In this document: one piece after another, positions 42,776 through 55,456 of the stretch
Position numbering within the stretch: position 1 is the stretch's first letter
How the letters are laid out: each line of letters begins with the position of its first letter
Origin: a virus
IMG/VR virus record: IMGVR_UViG_3300022407_006250
Location: 36,786 to 100,785 of that record
DNA length: 64,000 nt
Direction: 5' to 3' (one strand)
Position numbers and translations under genes: made by a program
The notes under the pieces: model-generated
The model's database searches: none
Told to the model about the DNA's origin: nothing
The model's input: only the letters and a program-made list of their open reading frames with translations

Positions 42776-43621
42776 AGATAAAACAACATGAGCACAAACA
42801 TTCGCATCCATGCACACCGCATGATCCAGGTCGTCAAGACTGGTGCCCTAGACACACAGAGCACTGAGTTTGATGCCTGGCAGACTCCCACTACGGACAC
42901 CTGGCACATCATGAATGCCACTGATACAGCGGCCCGCCTGCAGGCCTATCGTGACTGGGTCATGAGTGTCTGCGAGGATCAGCAGGAAGACGTCTACGCC
43001 GAGGATGATCTCTTCCAAGAGGGAGAGCCTGTAGGATTCAACATGGTCAACCACGGGCGTGATCACATTGCTTGGCTGGATGAGTGGCTGCAGCTCTTGG
43101 AGCAGACTGGCTGGGAAGTTGCAGTGGATGCATGGTAAAAAATAATGGTTGACTTGGATGCAAGTCACAGTTATAGTACACACATTGCAACAACGCGGAG
43201 ACGCAAAAATGAAGTTTGAACACGCAGCAGATCATGCGGGTGGCACTTGCTTGCAAGGTCAAATTGTGACCACTTACCAAAAACTTGTGCATCGCTTTGG
43301 TGAGCCCACATGTGAAGGGGATGCCTACAAGGTGCAGGCTGAATGGTGCTTGCGTTTTGAAGATGGTACAGTTGCCACTATCTACGACTGGAAAGAAGGC
43401 GATGCCTACTGCGGCCCAGGTCAAGGCCGGCCAGCTCAAGAAGTAACTGATTGGCACATTGGTGGCTATAACAAACGTGCAGTAGATCGTGTACGTGAAT
43501 TTCTTGTACTGGGCCGCTAAATTTAGTTGACCAAATAGACCAAATAGTTGTTGACAAGTTTGGTCCAATCGCTTATATTACTACTACTGCAACAACGCAG
43601 TGAAACACAAAGGATCTAAAA

Positions 43622-44758
43622 GTGAGCATTCAAATTAGCATTACCAAAGGTTTTTATCGTGGCAAGCCAGTTGCCGGTACCTTTCCCTTGATCAAGCCCT
43701 TCCAAGAAGGTGCACGCGGTGGCTTTGTTACCATTCGTAATCCTGCTGCTGCAGATGGTATGCCGCCTGTTCAGCGTGTAAGCGTTGAGCAAGGTGACTT
43801 TACCTTGCTGGATGCGGCCGGTGCAGAACTTGAGTCACATGTGACCATTGCCACTGACTCGGGCACTATTGAAGTTGGTACCAACTACGAGCAGGCGTTT
43901 GTTGCAGCCGAAACTGAAGATGCTGCCATGGAGCGCATTGCTGAAACGTTCCTTATGCTGGACAAGATTGTGGATGCTTGTGCACGCAATGTTGTGCGTG
44001 GACTTGTTGTCAGCGGCCCTCCTGGCATTGGCAAGAGCTTTGGTGTTGAAAAGCAGCTGGAAGCTGCCAACATGTTCCGCAAGCTGCAGGGCAAGGATCC
44101 CAAGTATGAAGTTATTTCGGGTGGCGTTAGCTCTATTGGCCTGTATCAGAAACTGTATTACAACCGTTCGCCTGAGCAAGTACTTGTGTTTGATGACTGC
44201 GATGGCATCTTGTTTGATGAAGAAAGCCTTAACTTGCTTAAAGCTGCACTCAACTCAGGCGACAAGCGTCGTATCTGCTGGAACAAAGAAAGCCGTACCT
44301 TGGCTGTTGAAGACATTCCAGAACAGTTTGACTTTGAAGCCAGCATCATCTTTTTGAGCAATATTGACTTTGAGCGCACTATCAACAAAGGCTCGCGTGT
44401 TGCAGCACACTTGGAAGCTATCATGAGCCGCTGCCACTACTTGGATTTGGAGATTGGTAGCCTACGTGACAAGCTGCTGCGCATTCGTCAAATTGTGCGT
44501 GATGGCATGCTTACTCCGTACAATTTCACTGCAGAACAAGAGTCTGCTGTACTTGACTTTATTGTTGACAATGCTGAATACCTGCGTGAAGTAAGCTTGC
44601 GCATGGTCAAGAAGGTGGCAGACTTTGTGAAAGCTGATCCAGCAGGTTGGCTTGAAATGGCCGAAGCCACTTGCTTGCAGCGCGAAGCCAAGTTCAAGCG
44701 CCTGTTGGCCAAGCGTTCAGAAGCAGCACGTCGCGGGCTTGTGCTTGCTGACGCGTAA
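43622..44758 (+). CDS. P-loop AAA-type ATPase
   Basis: GPPGIGKS, VLVFDDCD, SRC Arg finger; own promoter and downstream hairpin at 44767-44796. Confidence 0.85.
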   Translation: MSIQISITKGFYRGKPVAGTFPLIKPFQEGARGGFVTIRNPAAADGMPPVQRVSVEQGDFTLLDAAGAELESHVTIATDSGTIEVGTNYEQAFVAAETEDAAMERIAETFLMLDKIVDACARNVVRGLVVSGPPGIGKSFGVEKQLEAANMFRKLQGKDPKYEVISGGVSSIGLYQKLYYNRSPEQVLVFDDCDGILFDEESLNLLKAALNSGDKRRICWNKESRTLAVEDIPEQFDFEASIIFLSNIDFERTINKGSRVAAHLEAIMSRCHYLDLEIGSLRDKLLRIRQIVRDGMLTPYNFTAEQESAVLDFIVDNAEYLREVSLRMVKKVADFVKADPAGWLEMAEATCLQREAKFKRLLAKRSEAARRGLVLADA

Positions 44759-44855
44759 GAGTTGAAGATAGTGACAGCACCATTGCTGTCACTATCCGTT
44801 TGACAATATGACTGATTGGTCATATACTTGTGACACTTAACTAAGGAGACCTTAA

Positions 44856-45101
44856 ATGGCTTTTACTCAACTTCGTACCACCCAAGTGGAATTTCTGGAA
44901 CAGTATCTTCGTGGCACCAACCGTGAACTTTCGAGTGCACAAGCAGCCGCAACCTTTGGCATCAAGAATCTTCGTGCACGTATGACGGACTTCCGCCAAA
45001 TTGGCCTTCGCGTTCGCAAGAGCAAGAACACTGTTGGCCGCACAGTTTACTCTGTGAGCCGTCGTGACATGTTTGGCGACCAAGGCAAGATCTTCGCCTA
45101 A
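44856..45101 (+). CDS. Small winged-HTH-like protein
   Basis: LSSAQA...FGIKNLRARM..R..G pattern; AAGGAG RBS. Confidence 0.6.
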   Translation: MAFTQLRTTQVEFLEQYLRGTNRELSSAQAAATFGIKNLRARMTDFRQIGLRVRKSKNTVGRTVYSVSRRDMFGDQGKIFA

Positions 45102-45126
45102 TACGGTGTCCCCGTGCTAAAGAAAG

Positions 45127-45155
45127 AAGCCCAGCACAGACTGGGCTTTCTTTTT
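45127..45155 (+). terminator. Rho-independent terminator
   Basis: AAGCCCAG-CACAGA-CTGGGCTT-TCTTTTT. Confidence 0.8.
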
Positions 45156-46013
45156 GACAAATAGTTGTTGACAAGCTTCCTACGTGTTCATATAATGAAC
45201 ACATCGCAACAAGGAGTAGACTGTGAAAACAATGTATGATTTTTTGGATGGCATCAATGAATCTATTCGCTTTCGTACACAAGAAATGGAACAGGTTGAA
45301 CCGGCCGAACTGGGGCTAGATCAGCGCAGCGCACGTCATATATGGGTCAGCGATGAGTGCATTATTGTTCGTGCAGGTGATGATCGCAATCTGCAGTACT
45401 ACGGCGGATTTGAATACGTAGACAAAGAGTACCGTGTTGCTATCGGCGATTATGTAATTTACCTTGCCGATGACAATCGTGTATCAGACTGCATTGAACA
45501 GTTCAGCGATGCCCCGGAAGAAGAGTGGACTCCAGACAATGCAGACTTTTGCGATCCGGGCTCACGTCATCACTATTAACAAATAACAGTTGACACCGCA
45601 CCCAAGTGGTGTTAATATACAAACACTGCGATACAGCAGCAACTGAAACAGAAAGACACAAATGATTGATCTTAACAAACAAGCAGACCGTGTATCAGTA
45701 ATGTTGGAAATTATTGACGCAATGAAAAACCCCAACAAGCCCGGTACCATTACTGCTGCAGAGCTGGAAACCTTTGTTTCAAACGATGTTGATCGTCGCA
45801 ATCGCTATGCACCATGCATGGCCGAAGGTGTGCCGTTCCATACCACTATTGCTGCTGCACATTATGTGGCACATGTTCGCCCGGATCTTTGGGTCGATAC
45901 TGAAGCAGCCCGCCGCATGGATGCTCATGCTGTGATGGAAAACATTCGCAATCGTGTTCGCCGTTGGTGCACGGCCGATGATGTTGTTGGCTACTACTGG
46001 ATCTAAGGAGCAC

Positions 46014-46514
46014 ATGATGGATATCAAGTCGCGTGCAATTGAAATCTATAACAGCCACATTGAACTGGCTACCGCCAACGGACGACTGTTTCGCAAGACA
46101 GTTATGCAACAGCTGATGGCTGAGACTGGATGTTCAGAGCCTGCTGCTGCAACACACTACAACACTGCCAAGAAGGTCTCGCCAGTCGAAGGCCTGGGCC
46201 GTGCTTGTGTATCCAAGGGTGTTCGTAAAATCACAATGGGCAAGGGCAAGCCCACAGTTGTGATCCCGGATGCAGAGTGCTACAGTGTGCTGGAACTTGT
46301 ACCACACAACGAAGGATTTGTTGTTGGTCGCTGCCGCAGCTTTGATCTGCAAGGTGATGCAAGCGAAATGTTTGATGAACGCTGTGAAGGTTGGCCTGAA
46401 TCTCACTGGGTCATGATTCAGGGTCTTGGTCCAAACAGCGGCGATACATTTCGCCTGGAGCCAGAAGAACAAGTAATCAAGCGTTATGATTCGGTAGACA
46501 CTGTGGCTGCTTGA
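46014..46514 (+). CDS. Putative DNA-binding protein (paralogue of 28324 and 60404)
   Basis: FRKTVM...GCSEPAAATHYN...VEGLGR. Confidence 0.55.
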   Translation: MMDIKSRAIEIYNSHIELATANGRLFRKTVMQQLMAETGCSEPAAATHYNTAKKVSPVEGLGRACVSKGVRKITMGKGKPTVVIPDAECYSVLELVPHNEGFVVGRCRSFDLQGDASEMFDERCEGWPESHWVMIQGLGPNSGDTFRLEPEEQVIKRYDSVDTVAA

Positions 46515-49500
46515 TGCTACAATAGCTTTACTGGTTAGGGGTTTGCCAGATCTCAAACCCCGCGTGTTATAGGATGTATTATGGAATCGCGTTTGTTTAT
46601 TCGCCAGGCTACTGCAATGATTCAGAAGCTGGAAAGCCTTACTTCACTTGATTTTACCCGCGAAGAACAAGATCAACTGTACAATGAATGCCAGAAAGAT
46701 TTTAACTTTCTGTTTCAGGGCTTGCAAAATCCCACCCTGCCCACTGCAGGCAAACTGCTCGAAGCAGGCATTGCTGCTGGTTTGACAGTTGATCAACGCC
46801 TGATCAACAAGCTGAACCAGGCAGAGTCGCTGTGGAACTAGCCAACACAACAGGCACCTGGGATCATGTCCTGAGTGCGCTGGCCATAGTTTATATAATT
46901 TTGCAGTCGCTGTTCTTTGTATGGTTGTTTCGTAAAATTATTGGCGGTATTTTCATACTTGTGTTTGAACGAGAAAAAATTTATGAAATAATGGCCTATG
47001 CAGGGGACAAAAAAACTCCGCTGCTGGTAAAACCATTTGCATTTATTTTGTGGCTTGTGTTGATAATTGCAAGTTTTATTCTTTCAGTAATTTTTAGTAT
47101 ATTTCTACTTAATGCTCTTGGCAATCTTTTTAAGCGTTAAGGTCTGTGTTACACTATCCGGGGAGGGACAACTGTGAAACAAAATCCCTCCCTAGATAGA
47201 CTTATTATTCGTGCTAGACACAGTAGCAAAATAAGAAAACTAATACACAGAACTTGCGGGTTACAAAAATTGCCCAATAGATGGCTATCAATAAAAACAA
47301 CAAAGAAGTTTTCCAAACAGTTTTATAAAAAATTATCCCAACAACAAAAATTACCTTAGAGTTTGCCGAGTGGATAAAAATTTAAAACAACAGGTACTCT
47401 CACTGGCACGCGCAGTTCGTTCCTGGGCAGAGTCGCGAGATGACGCCCAGAAACATCCTTCTGTGGATCTCAATGGTTGGTGTGCAATTGCCTCGGGCAA
47501 GCTATCACGTGAGCTTGCAAAGAATGAAATTGCTCATGAGATACATGTACAAAGCAGCGATTACGGCTGTCACGTTTATGTTGTTGTTGATGATCATGTG
47601 GTGGATGTTACTGCAACACAGTTTCCAGATTTCAGAAATACACCTGTGCTAATCATGCACTGTCGTGAAGCAGAGTGCTACAGCTACTACAATGCTGCTG
47701 CAACCTTTACCAATGTTGAGCAACTTATAAAGTATCAACGCAAACAAAATTGGTCAACCAATCAAATTGCCTACAGCAAGTAACTGGTTTAAATTTCTGA
47801 CCTGGATTTTTAAACCAAATTTGGAAAATAAAATGTCAAACCTGGTTTGCCTTTTTTGCGCAAAATACATAGCATAAATACGCACACATAACATACATAT
47901 GCTACTCACACGCGCATACATAGAGAAAGCAATGCAGCTTGATGTGAACGACATCCAGTGTGCTCTCATGGTCACCGAGTTCTACGAAGATGCGGCATAT
48001 TTGTCTGATGTGAGTTTTGTAGGCATGAATGAGATGAGTCAGTTTGTTTATAAGGCAACATGGCTCTACACTACACCCGAGGCTGCTGCACCACAGAACA
48101 TATACATTTCAGTGAGATACAGTCCCAACACGTATGGCATTGATTTTTACGCAGACTATTGACTGAGTGCAGGTTGCTGCTATACTATGTACAACTAGAC
48201 AACACAACAAGGATCAACATGTTGAACTTTAACATTGCTCAACGCATGCCGCAAACCATGTCTGATGTGTGGCGTGATCTGGAACGCAAGCAAGCACTAC
48301 GCAGTCTGGTTGAACCGGACGGAACAGAATTTGTTGTAGCACGACAGAGTGATGGAGTTGTGATTGGAACATTTGGAAGTATAACAGATGCGGCGGCTGT
48401 GATCAAACGCGCACATGCCTCAAAGAAAGCCTCCCTGACACTGGCCTGAGCCACCTCGCATCGCCGCTCAACCCATCGTGTGCCCTGACCGCGAGAAGAG
48501 TCAGCCTCGCTGGCTGAAGTTGCATTAATCACGCCATGATGTGAGACTGCGTGCCTGCAGCCCAAGACTCCAAAATATTTGCCGTATTTGCAAAAATACA
48601 ACACACAAAACATTTTGCGATGCTATACTAGCAGCATTGCAACACGTAGGAGATCAAACATGCCAGCTATGACACAAGATGAATTTGTCAAATACGCCCG
48701 CGATGCACTTAGCGGTGACGCGCTGGAGGGGCTCTACGACGTTATTGCAGAGCACAATGGCGAAGTGTCTGCGTTTGGCGATAGCTGGCCGGGTGCACTA
48801 TATAATATTCGTGCGCAAATTGCAGAGGTACAATCTATCGAGCGTCAGCTGGCACGCATCGAAAAGCGCGAGCCCTGCGACTTTGGCTTTCGTGTGCTGA
48901 GCCCGCGTTAAGCTTGACACCAAGGAAACAACATGACTGGTTGGCCACCTGGATTGATGCAAGACGATCATGCTGGTCTCAGCCGCTGGCTGGCCACTCG
49001 TCTGGATGCAGGATATATTTTACGAGTCAGGCTTGACACCCTGTCTATGCCTGCTATACTACTGACATTGCAACACACAAAGGAAACATGATGACTGAAG
49101 CTGAAGCGGGTGTTCTTCTTGCTGTGGAAGCTGCCAAGGCAGCTGCCTATCGTGCCACACAAGACTTCTTGTCTGTAAATGGTGACCGTGATTGCTGCGG
49201 GTTTGCATGGGTCACAGTGTATACAGATGGCCGCAGCAAAGTGGGTCGCAGCCTCATGAAGGCCGGGTTCCAAAAGGTGTATGGCCAGCAGGGACTGCAG
49301 ATGTGGAACCCATCGGGACACCGTACGCAGGCCTTGACTGCCAAGGAAGTGGGTGCTGATGCAGCGGCGCGGGTGTTGCGCGAGCGACTGGGCGTGGAAG
49401 CTTACTCCAACAGCCGCATGGATTAATAGTACTGCGGCATTGACTGTAGCACCAACAGGTGCTATAGTACTGACATTGCAACAAGGAGCTGGTACAATGA

Positions 49501-50437
49501 AAGTTGTGTATAATGCTTTGTTAGGTGGTTGGTACATTGTGCGTGGAGCACACCAAACGCCCATCGGTGGTCGCTTTGACAGCAAGGAAGCGGCACTGGC
49601 ACACTTGCGCCGTCGTAACCCTTTCTACTTCTAAGAAAGCAGCAACATGAGCTGGAATCGCGAAGGCCAACATGTGGCTGGCATTTATTTGAATGCCTAC
49701 GTCATAAAAGGTATGGTGACTGAAAGTCGTGTAAAGTACGGCGGCAGCGTGCAGCATACAGTGTCGCTGGACACTCCCATGACGCTGTTTGGCATCAGTG
49801 ACAGAACTGTTCTTCTACTTGACGAAAAAGACTTGTTTGCAAAATAGCAGATGACTAAAAATGCTGCTGATGCATGTAGCTTAAGGTGTACTAAGTTGTT
49901 GATTTATAAAACCGCAAAACGCCAAATTTTGCCCAAAAATTTTTACTTTGCCACTATTGCACAGACTTCGTGATTTTGGGAAATTATGCGTCTTTGATCA
50001 AAAAAGATGTTGACAAAACATTTAGTGCTGCTATAATGAACACATCGCAACACACAAGGGACTGTATGATTAGCACTCTTAAAGACTTTATTCTTGCTGT
50101 AGAAAAACAAGGCATTGGCAATGCTTACACCTTGTTTGAATTTGACACGTCAGAGGCAGTACGCAATTTGATCTATACCTTGTCTGACCCTGAAGCTGAA
50201 GAGCCTTTTCGATCTGCCATGTTTAACATTGGATTTCTTAATTATTAAGGAGCGCATGATGACACGCAAGTTTACAAACCGTTTGTTGGAACTTATGGAT
50301 GAAGGCGTCATTGATGCTGCAGATGTTGTCTTGGCTTGTGTCAAGTACATGAGCGAAGACGAAGTCAAAGATATGTGCGAACACAACTGCTTTGACGAAT
50401 TTATGTTTGATGAAGAAACTAAAGAGGAGAATGCATA

Positions 50438-50887
50438 ATGGGACTGGACATGTACCTCAAAGGCAAGCGTTATTTGCACGATTATTCGTCATTTGACTGC
50501 CCTACTAGGCGTGCAGTTAATGATGCCTTTACAGGCACTCCACTGCACGGCAAGATCAATGAAGTCAGTGCCGAAATTGCATATTGGCGCAAGGCCAATG
50601 CAATCCACAATTGGTTTGTAACCAATTGTCAAGGCGGGCGCGACGAATGTCAGCTTTCGTATGTGTCTCACGAAAATTTGACCACGCTGCGTGATCTTTG
50701 CCGTGAGGTGTTGGCAAGCAAGTGTGCAGAAAAGTTGCCGCCCACTAGCGGATTCTTTTTTGGCAGCACTGACGTTGACGATGGGTACTTTGGGGACTTG
50801 CAATACACAGCCGATACACTCAGTGAAATTGTTGACAATCCGGGTACCTACAAAGACTGGGATTTCTTTTACCAAGCCAGCTGGTGA
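50438..50887 (+). CDS. Conserved phage hypothetical protein
   Basis: MGLDMY, YWRKANAIHNWF, GFFFGS, YQASW. Confidence 0.7.
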   Translation: MGLDMYLKGKRYLHDYSSFDCPTRRAVNDAFTGTPLHGKINEVSAEIAYWRKANAIHNWFVTNCQGGRDECQLSYVSHENLTTLRDLCREVLASKCAEKLPPTSGFFFGSTDVDDGYFGDLQYTADTLSEIVDNPGTYKDWDFFYQASW

Positions 50888-51115
50888 TTGCCTGTGCAAC
50901 CTCTCAAACTTTTCTTTGCGATTGGGTTAATTATCTACATCGCAATAGGTGCTTGGGCGGCATGCACAGGCCTCAAGATCAACATCCTGGTTTCAATTGT
51001 AGGTAGCACGATTTGCGTGGCCGGAATTAAAATGAGCGACCATGTGTAAAAACAGTTGACTCAAGAGTGTTTCCTGCTATACTAGCAGCATTGTAACGCA
51101 ACAAGGAGAACTAAC

Positions 51116-51715
51116 ATGCCAAATTGGTGTTCGAATCGCTTGACACTGACTCACACGGATCCCGCAATGCTTGATCGTGCAGTCATTGCATTTGCTCTAG
51201 GCCGTTTCTTGGAAGAGTTTATTCCAGTTCCACAAGAACTCCGCGATACTCAAGCCAGTCCTGGCACTAGTGAAGAAAGCCTGGTAGCACAACGCAACGC
51301 CAACGTAGAGAAGTATGGCTATCCAGACTGGTGGATGTTCTGTGTGAATGAATGGGGCACCAAGTGGGATGTTGGTGGTGAAAACGAATACGTGGAGCGA
51401 ATAGAATCTGACTTGGCGGAGTTTACGTTTGACAGCGCATGGAGCCCACCGCTTCGTTCATATGAACGATTGACTGAGCTGGGATTTGATGTCGAAGCCT
51501 ACTACTGGGAACCGGGCATGACTTTTGCTGGTGCATACACTTCAGCAGAGGGCAATGACTACTGGGAATACGGTGACATGACCCCAGATGAAATTCGCGA
51601 AGAGATGCCTGAAATTGACGAACGCTTCTGCATCAGCGACGCCCTGGAAGAATGGGCAGTAGAAGAAAATCAAGAGATTGAACTCAATGGCGGTATTGAC
51701 TCTATCAACGAATAA
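51116..51715 (+). CDS. DUF1281 / Api92 (YubB)-like ferredoxin-fold protein
   Basis: MPNWC.N, WGTKW, FDSAWSPP, EPG..F.G. Confidence 0.75.
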   Translation: MPNWCSNRLTLTHTDPAMLDRAVIAFALGRFLEEFIPVPQELRDTQASPGTSEESLVAQRNANVEKYGYPDWWMFCVNEWGTKWDVGGENEYVERIESDLAEFTFDSAWSPPLRSYERLTELGFDVEAYYWEPGMTFAGAYTSAEGNDYWEYGDMTPDEIREEMPEIDERFCISDALEEWAVEENQEIELNGGIDSINE

Positions 51716-52122
51716 GACAAATAGTTGTTGACACAGTCCGCAACGCTGCTATACTAGCAGCATTGTAACGCAAACGGGAGAGCAAGATGAGCAGCAACTA
51801 TCCTAACATGAGCTACTGTGCATTTGAAAATACCACACTGGCCATGCGTCAGCTGTTGAACATGATGCGTGAAGTGGACAGCCTGCAGGAACTGGACTTG
51901 TCGCATGAAGAATTGCGTGCGTTTCGCGAACTGCAACTCCTGTGTGAAGAGTTTGCAGAAGGTGCGGAAGCACTGGAAGGCGAAGAGCAACAAGACTACG
52001 GTGACAACGTGGATGAAGCTCAGGAGTGGCATGATTTTGATCCTGACTGTTAATTGCCACATATCAGTGTAAACACTGAGTCATAGTGGTAAATACTGAT
52101 ACACTAATAAAGGAGTATCAGT

Positions 52123-52191
52123 ATGATCGCATTATATTTTCTCATTATGTTTATATTTTACATGGCTGTTCTTATATTTATAGAAGACTAG
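52123..52191 (+). CDS. 22-aa hydrophobic peptide MIALYFLIMFIFYMAVLIFIED
   Basis: AAGGAG RBS, TAAATA promoter at 52090; not in ORF track. Confidence 0.5.
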   Translation: MIALYFLIMFIFYMAVLIFIED

Positions 52192-52231
52192 ATCCTGATC
52201 GGTAAATAAGTTTTTTAAAGGATCGGTTAAG

Positions 52232-52789
52232 ATGAAAAAACTTTTAACAATGTTAGCCCTGGCTATGCTTGGTTCAGCTGCATCAGCAGGTGGCAATCTT
52301 ACAGTATGTGACGGTGAATACGCACTGTGCGCAGCCAGCACTTGCAAGCCTACAGGGAAGACAATTACAGGTAACAATGGAGTGGCATATCCAGAAGTGG
52401 AATGCCGTTGCCCCATACTCAAAGGCAATGCCATTGCTGACACCTCAGCTGGTAACATGAAAGGCAGTTGTACTGCCACTGATGACAAACATGTTTGGAG
52501 TCTGTTTGCACCCAAGGTTTTCTATCCACAGGAAGCCAGCAACTTTAGCCACAAGCCAAAGGACATGCGGGCAGTGGTGCAAAAGTGTGATGCCAGCCTA
52601 AACCTGGGTGCCAAGTCTAGCAACTGCTTTAGTTGGAATTGCGTCAAGGGCGAGAATGGTATAGCAGTTTGTGCTTGCCCTACAGGTCAGGTACCTGCAG
52701 CAACAACATTCCTTACAGAAGCTGGACAGGGTGATCCGTCAGCTTGCTCTCAGTATCCAGTAAGTTTACCAATACAAGCCCGGGACTAG
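52232..52789 (+). CDS. Exported Cys-rich protein
   Basis: Signal peptide, 12 Cys; TAAATA at 52203; terminator 52814-52843. Confidence 0.75.
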   Translation: MKKLLTMLALAMLGSAASAGGNLTVCDGEYALCAASTCKPTGKTITGNNGVAYPEVECRCPILKGNAIADTSAGNMKGSCTATDDKHVWSLFAPKVFYPQEASNFSHKPKDMRAVVQKCDASLNLGAKSSNCFSWNCVKGENGIAVCACPTGQVPAATTFLTEAGQGDPSACSQYPVSLPIQARD

Positions 52790-54679
52790 TCAAGAGGCCA
52801 AGTCTACATCTTGAATACGCAGGCATTGCTTGCGTATTTTTTTGACTGATCTTTCACAATTGAGCTTGACACTGCCCTAACATCTGCTATACTACACACA
52901 TGACAACAGCAACTGAAGAGGACTTGAACATGCCACACTACGATATGTTTAGCGATGCCGGTGATGCAGCAGTACACCAGCTGGTGGAGACTGCACAGCG
53001 TCTCGCCTGGACTTGGCCTGAAGTACTATTCCAGCTCGAGGCACTGCGCCGTCGGCCCGGTTGTGAAGAAGCAACGGATACAGCAGTTCGCGAATCTGTT
53101 TTTAACGCACTGCGTTTTTACGAAAAAGACGTTGACTTCTACGCTTAAGACACTATACTAACAACTGTGCAACACACTGGAGTTACCATGTCCAAAGTAG
53201 TCAAAGTTGAAGCAAAGGTAGATCTTTACATCACAGTGCCCGATGATGCGACTGATAATGATGTCTATAGTTTCCTTGTAGAAAACATCAGCTATCGTGA
53301 TGCGTTCCTGGGTGTAAGTGATGACACCATGCGTGTGACTGAAGTCATGTGCTTGACTGAAAAGATCTTTGCAGTAGAAGGAGAATAGCACATGGCAAAA
53401 TTTCAAGTGACAGCCACGCTGACCGTAGAAGCTGATGATGACTCGGAGGCTTGGTCGGTAACTGATGCAGCCTTGGCCAATTTGGTTTGGCGGGGTGCTA
53501 TCGAGAAAGTTGAAGTGGGTGAAGTCAAAGAGCTAGAAGCTAAATAATGCCAAACGTGGTTTGGCGGTGCCGTATAGCCCCTACAAGCGTGAGAACATAC
53601 GAGCGTGTGGCTCACGCCTTAGTACGCTATAACCCGCACCCGCGCCCCTTCTGCAAGTTCTCGAACGGGCGACTGCTGATTGGTACAGATACGCTGCATC
53701 GTACGAGGGCTAGTCGACTCTGGCGCCAGTTCTGGCGCATGAAGCGGCGCGTGCTAAAAAATATCTAGGCTTGCAGGATCAGGTGTGCTATACTAGCAGC
53801 ATTGCAACACAGAGGGAGACACAATGAGCATCCTGGACATTATGGAATCCATCACACCCTCCGACTTGATGGAAGTGACCCGGTATAGACCCTACAAGGT
53901 AACTGCTGACATAGGCTGCAATCGAGTGGGTGACAAGTTTGTTATCTTTGACATGGCGTCAAACGACTATCACACCTTGTCTGTGAAATGCAGCACACCC
54001 GAGCGTCTGCTGGAGCACTTCAAGGGTTTCATTGAAAATCGTCTAGCAGCAAAATAAGTTGTTGACAGTTCATTTAGTGCTGCTATAATGACTGCATTGC
54101 AACACACAGGAGTAGAAGATGTCTTATGTACTCTTACACCGCGCACAAGGCGGTCGTCCAGAACCACTCAAGACCTATAGCACACGCAAAGGCGCTGTGA
54201 TTGGCATGCGTGCTTCAAACCGTAATGCAGGATGGCATCGTTACAGCCTATGCAGCACAAGCTGGGCCGAAATGGAATGGTGCAGCAACAGCAACAAGGT
54301 GTATGATTACGCACCTTACATCATCATGCACGAAAAAAATTATCAAATAAAGTACCCTGCTCTTGCACAGGTGTTCGTTTAAGATGCTATACTAGCAGCA
54401 TTGCAACACACAGGAGAACATGATGAATGATCTGCAACAAGCAATCAAAATGATTCACAACAAATCAGCGGAACTGGGCCTGGACTTTTTGTCAACGGCT
54501 GAATGGCTGCAAGCTCATCGTGAAGAAATGTCCGCGGTAGAGTGCCGGTTGTTCCGTGTGTTCATGACTGAGGGCCAAAAGATGTTTGCCGTGGTCTAAA
54601 TAAAACACAAGGGCCGCTTGACAAACCGGTTCCTTCCACTGCATAATACATACATCGCAACAACATACTGGAACACAAA

Positions 54680-55456
54680 ATGCAACTCCAGCAAACTCAA
54701 GTCCGCGCCAAGTGTAATGAAACGTTTGCTAAAGCAAAGACTCTGTGGCCAGATATGAACTTTGACAATGTTGGCATTCGTTTCGACCTAAAGGGTCGTG
54801 CAGCGGGAATGGCTTGCCGTCGAGCAAACGCCTACCATATGCGTTTCAATGCTGAAATGATGACACGCGATGCTTTTGATCATGTGCTCAATAACACTGT
54901 GCCGCATGAAATTGCACACATTGTGTGCATGATGAATCCCCGGCTGGGACGCAATCATGATGCAGGTTGGACTCGCGTGTGCCGCTTGTTGGGCGGTAAT
55001 GGTGAACGTTGCCACAGTGAGGATGTGGTGTATGGTAAAGGCAATACTTACGAATATGTCACAGATCGTGGGCATCGTGTGCGTGTGTCAGGTGCTATCC
55101 ACCAAAAAATTCAACGCGGCGTGGTATATGCATGGAAGCAAGGTAAAGGCAAGGTTGGTATGGAGTCTGCCTACAATCTGGTTGGTGTAAGCGGACGCTC
55201 AATTGTTGCAGCTGAAAAGAAACCCGCTGCGCCTGCAGCAGCAATGGTACAGTCTCAAGTGGCCCCGGTAATGTCAGCTGCACACACAGGCGAAAGCAAG
55301 GCTGCAATCAGCCGTCGTATCATGTTGTCGGGGCACAGTGCAGGACACGGCTACGAAACAATTGTTTCAGCCATGATGCTGGCTTGTGGCTATGATCGTC
55401 AACTGGCACGTGCGACCTTCAAGGCAAATGCGGCCCGTGTGGGTATCCCGGCATAA
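54680..55456 (+). CDS. SprT-like zinc metalloprotease
   Basis: GRAAG.A, TVPHEIAH, H...W, RCH. Confidence 0.85.
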   Translation: MQLQQTQVRAKCNETFAKAKTLWPDMNFDNVGIRFDLKGRAAGMACRRANAYHMRFNAEMMTRDAFDHVLNNTVPHEIAHIVCMMNPRLGRNHDAGWTRVCRLLGGNGERCHSEDVVYGKGNTYEYVTDRGHRVRVSGAIHQKIQRGVVYAWKQGKGKVGMESAYNLVGVSGRSIVAAEKKPAAPAAAMVQSQVAPVMSAAHTGESKAAISRRIMLSGHSAGHGYETIVSAMMLACGYDRQLARATFKANAARVGIPA

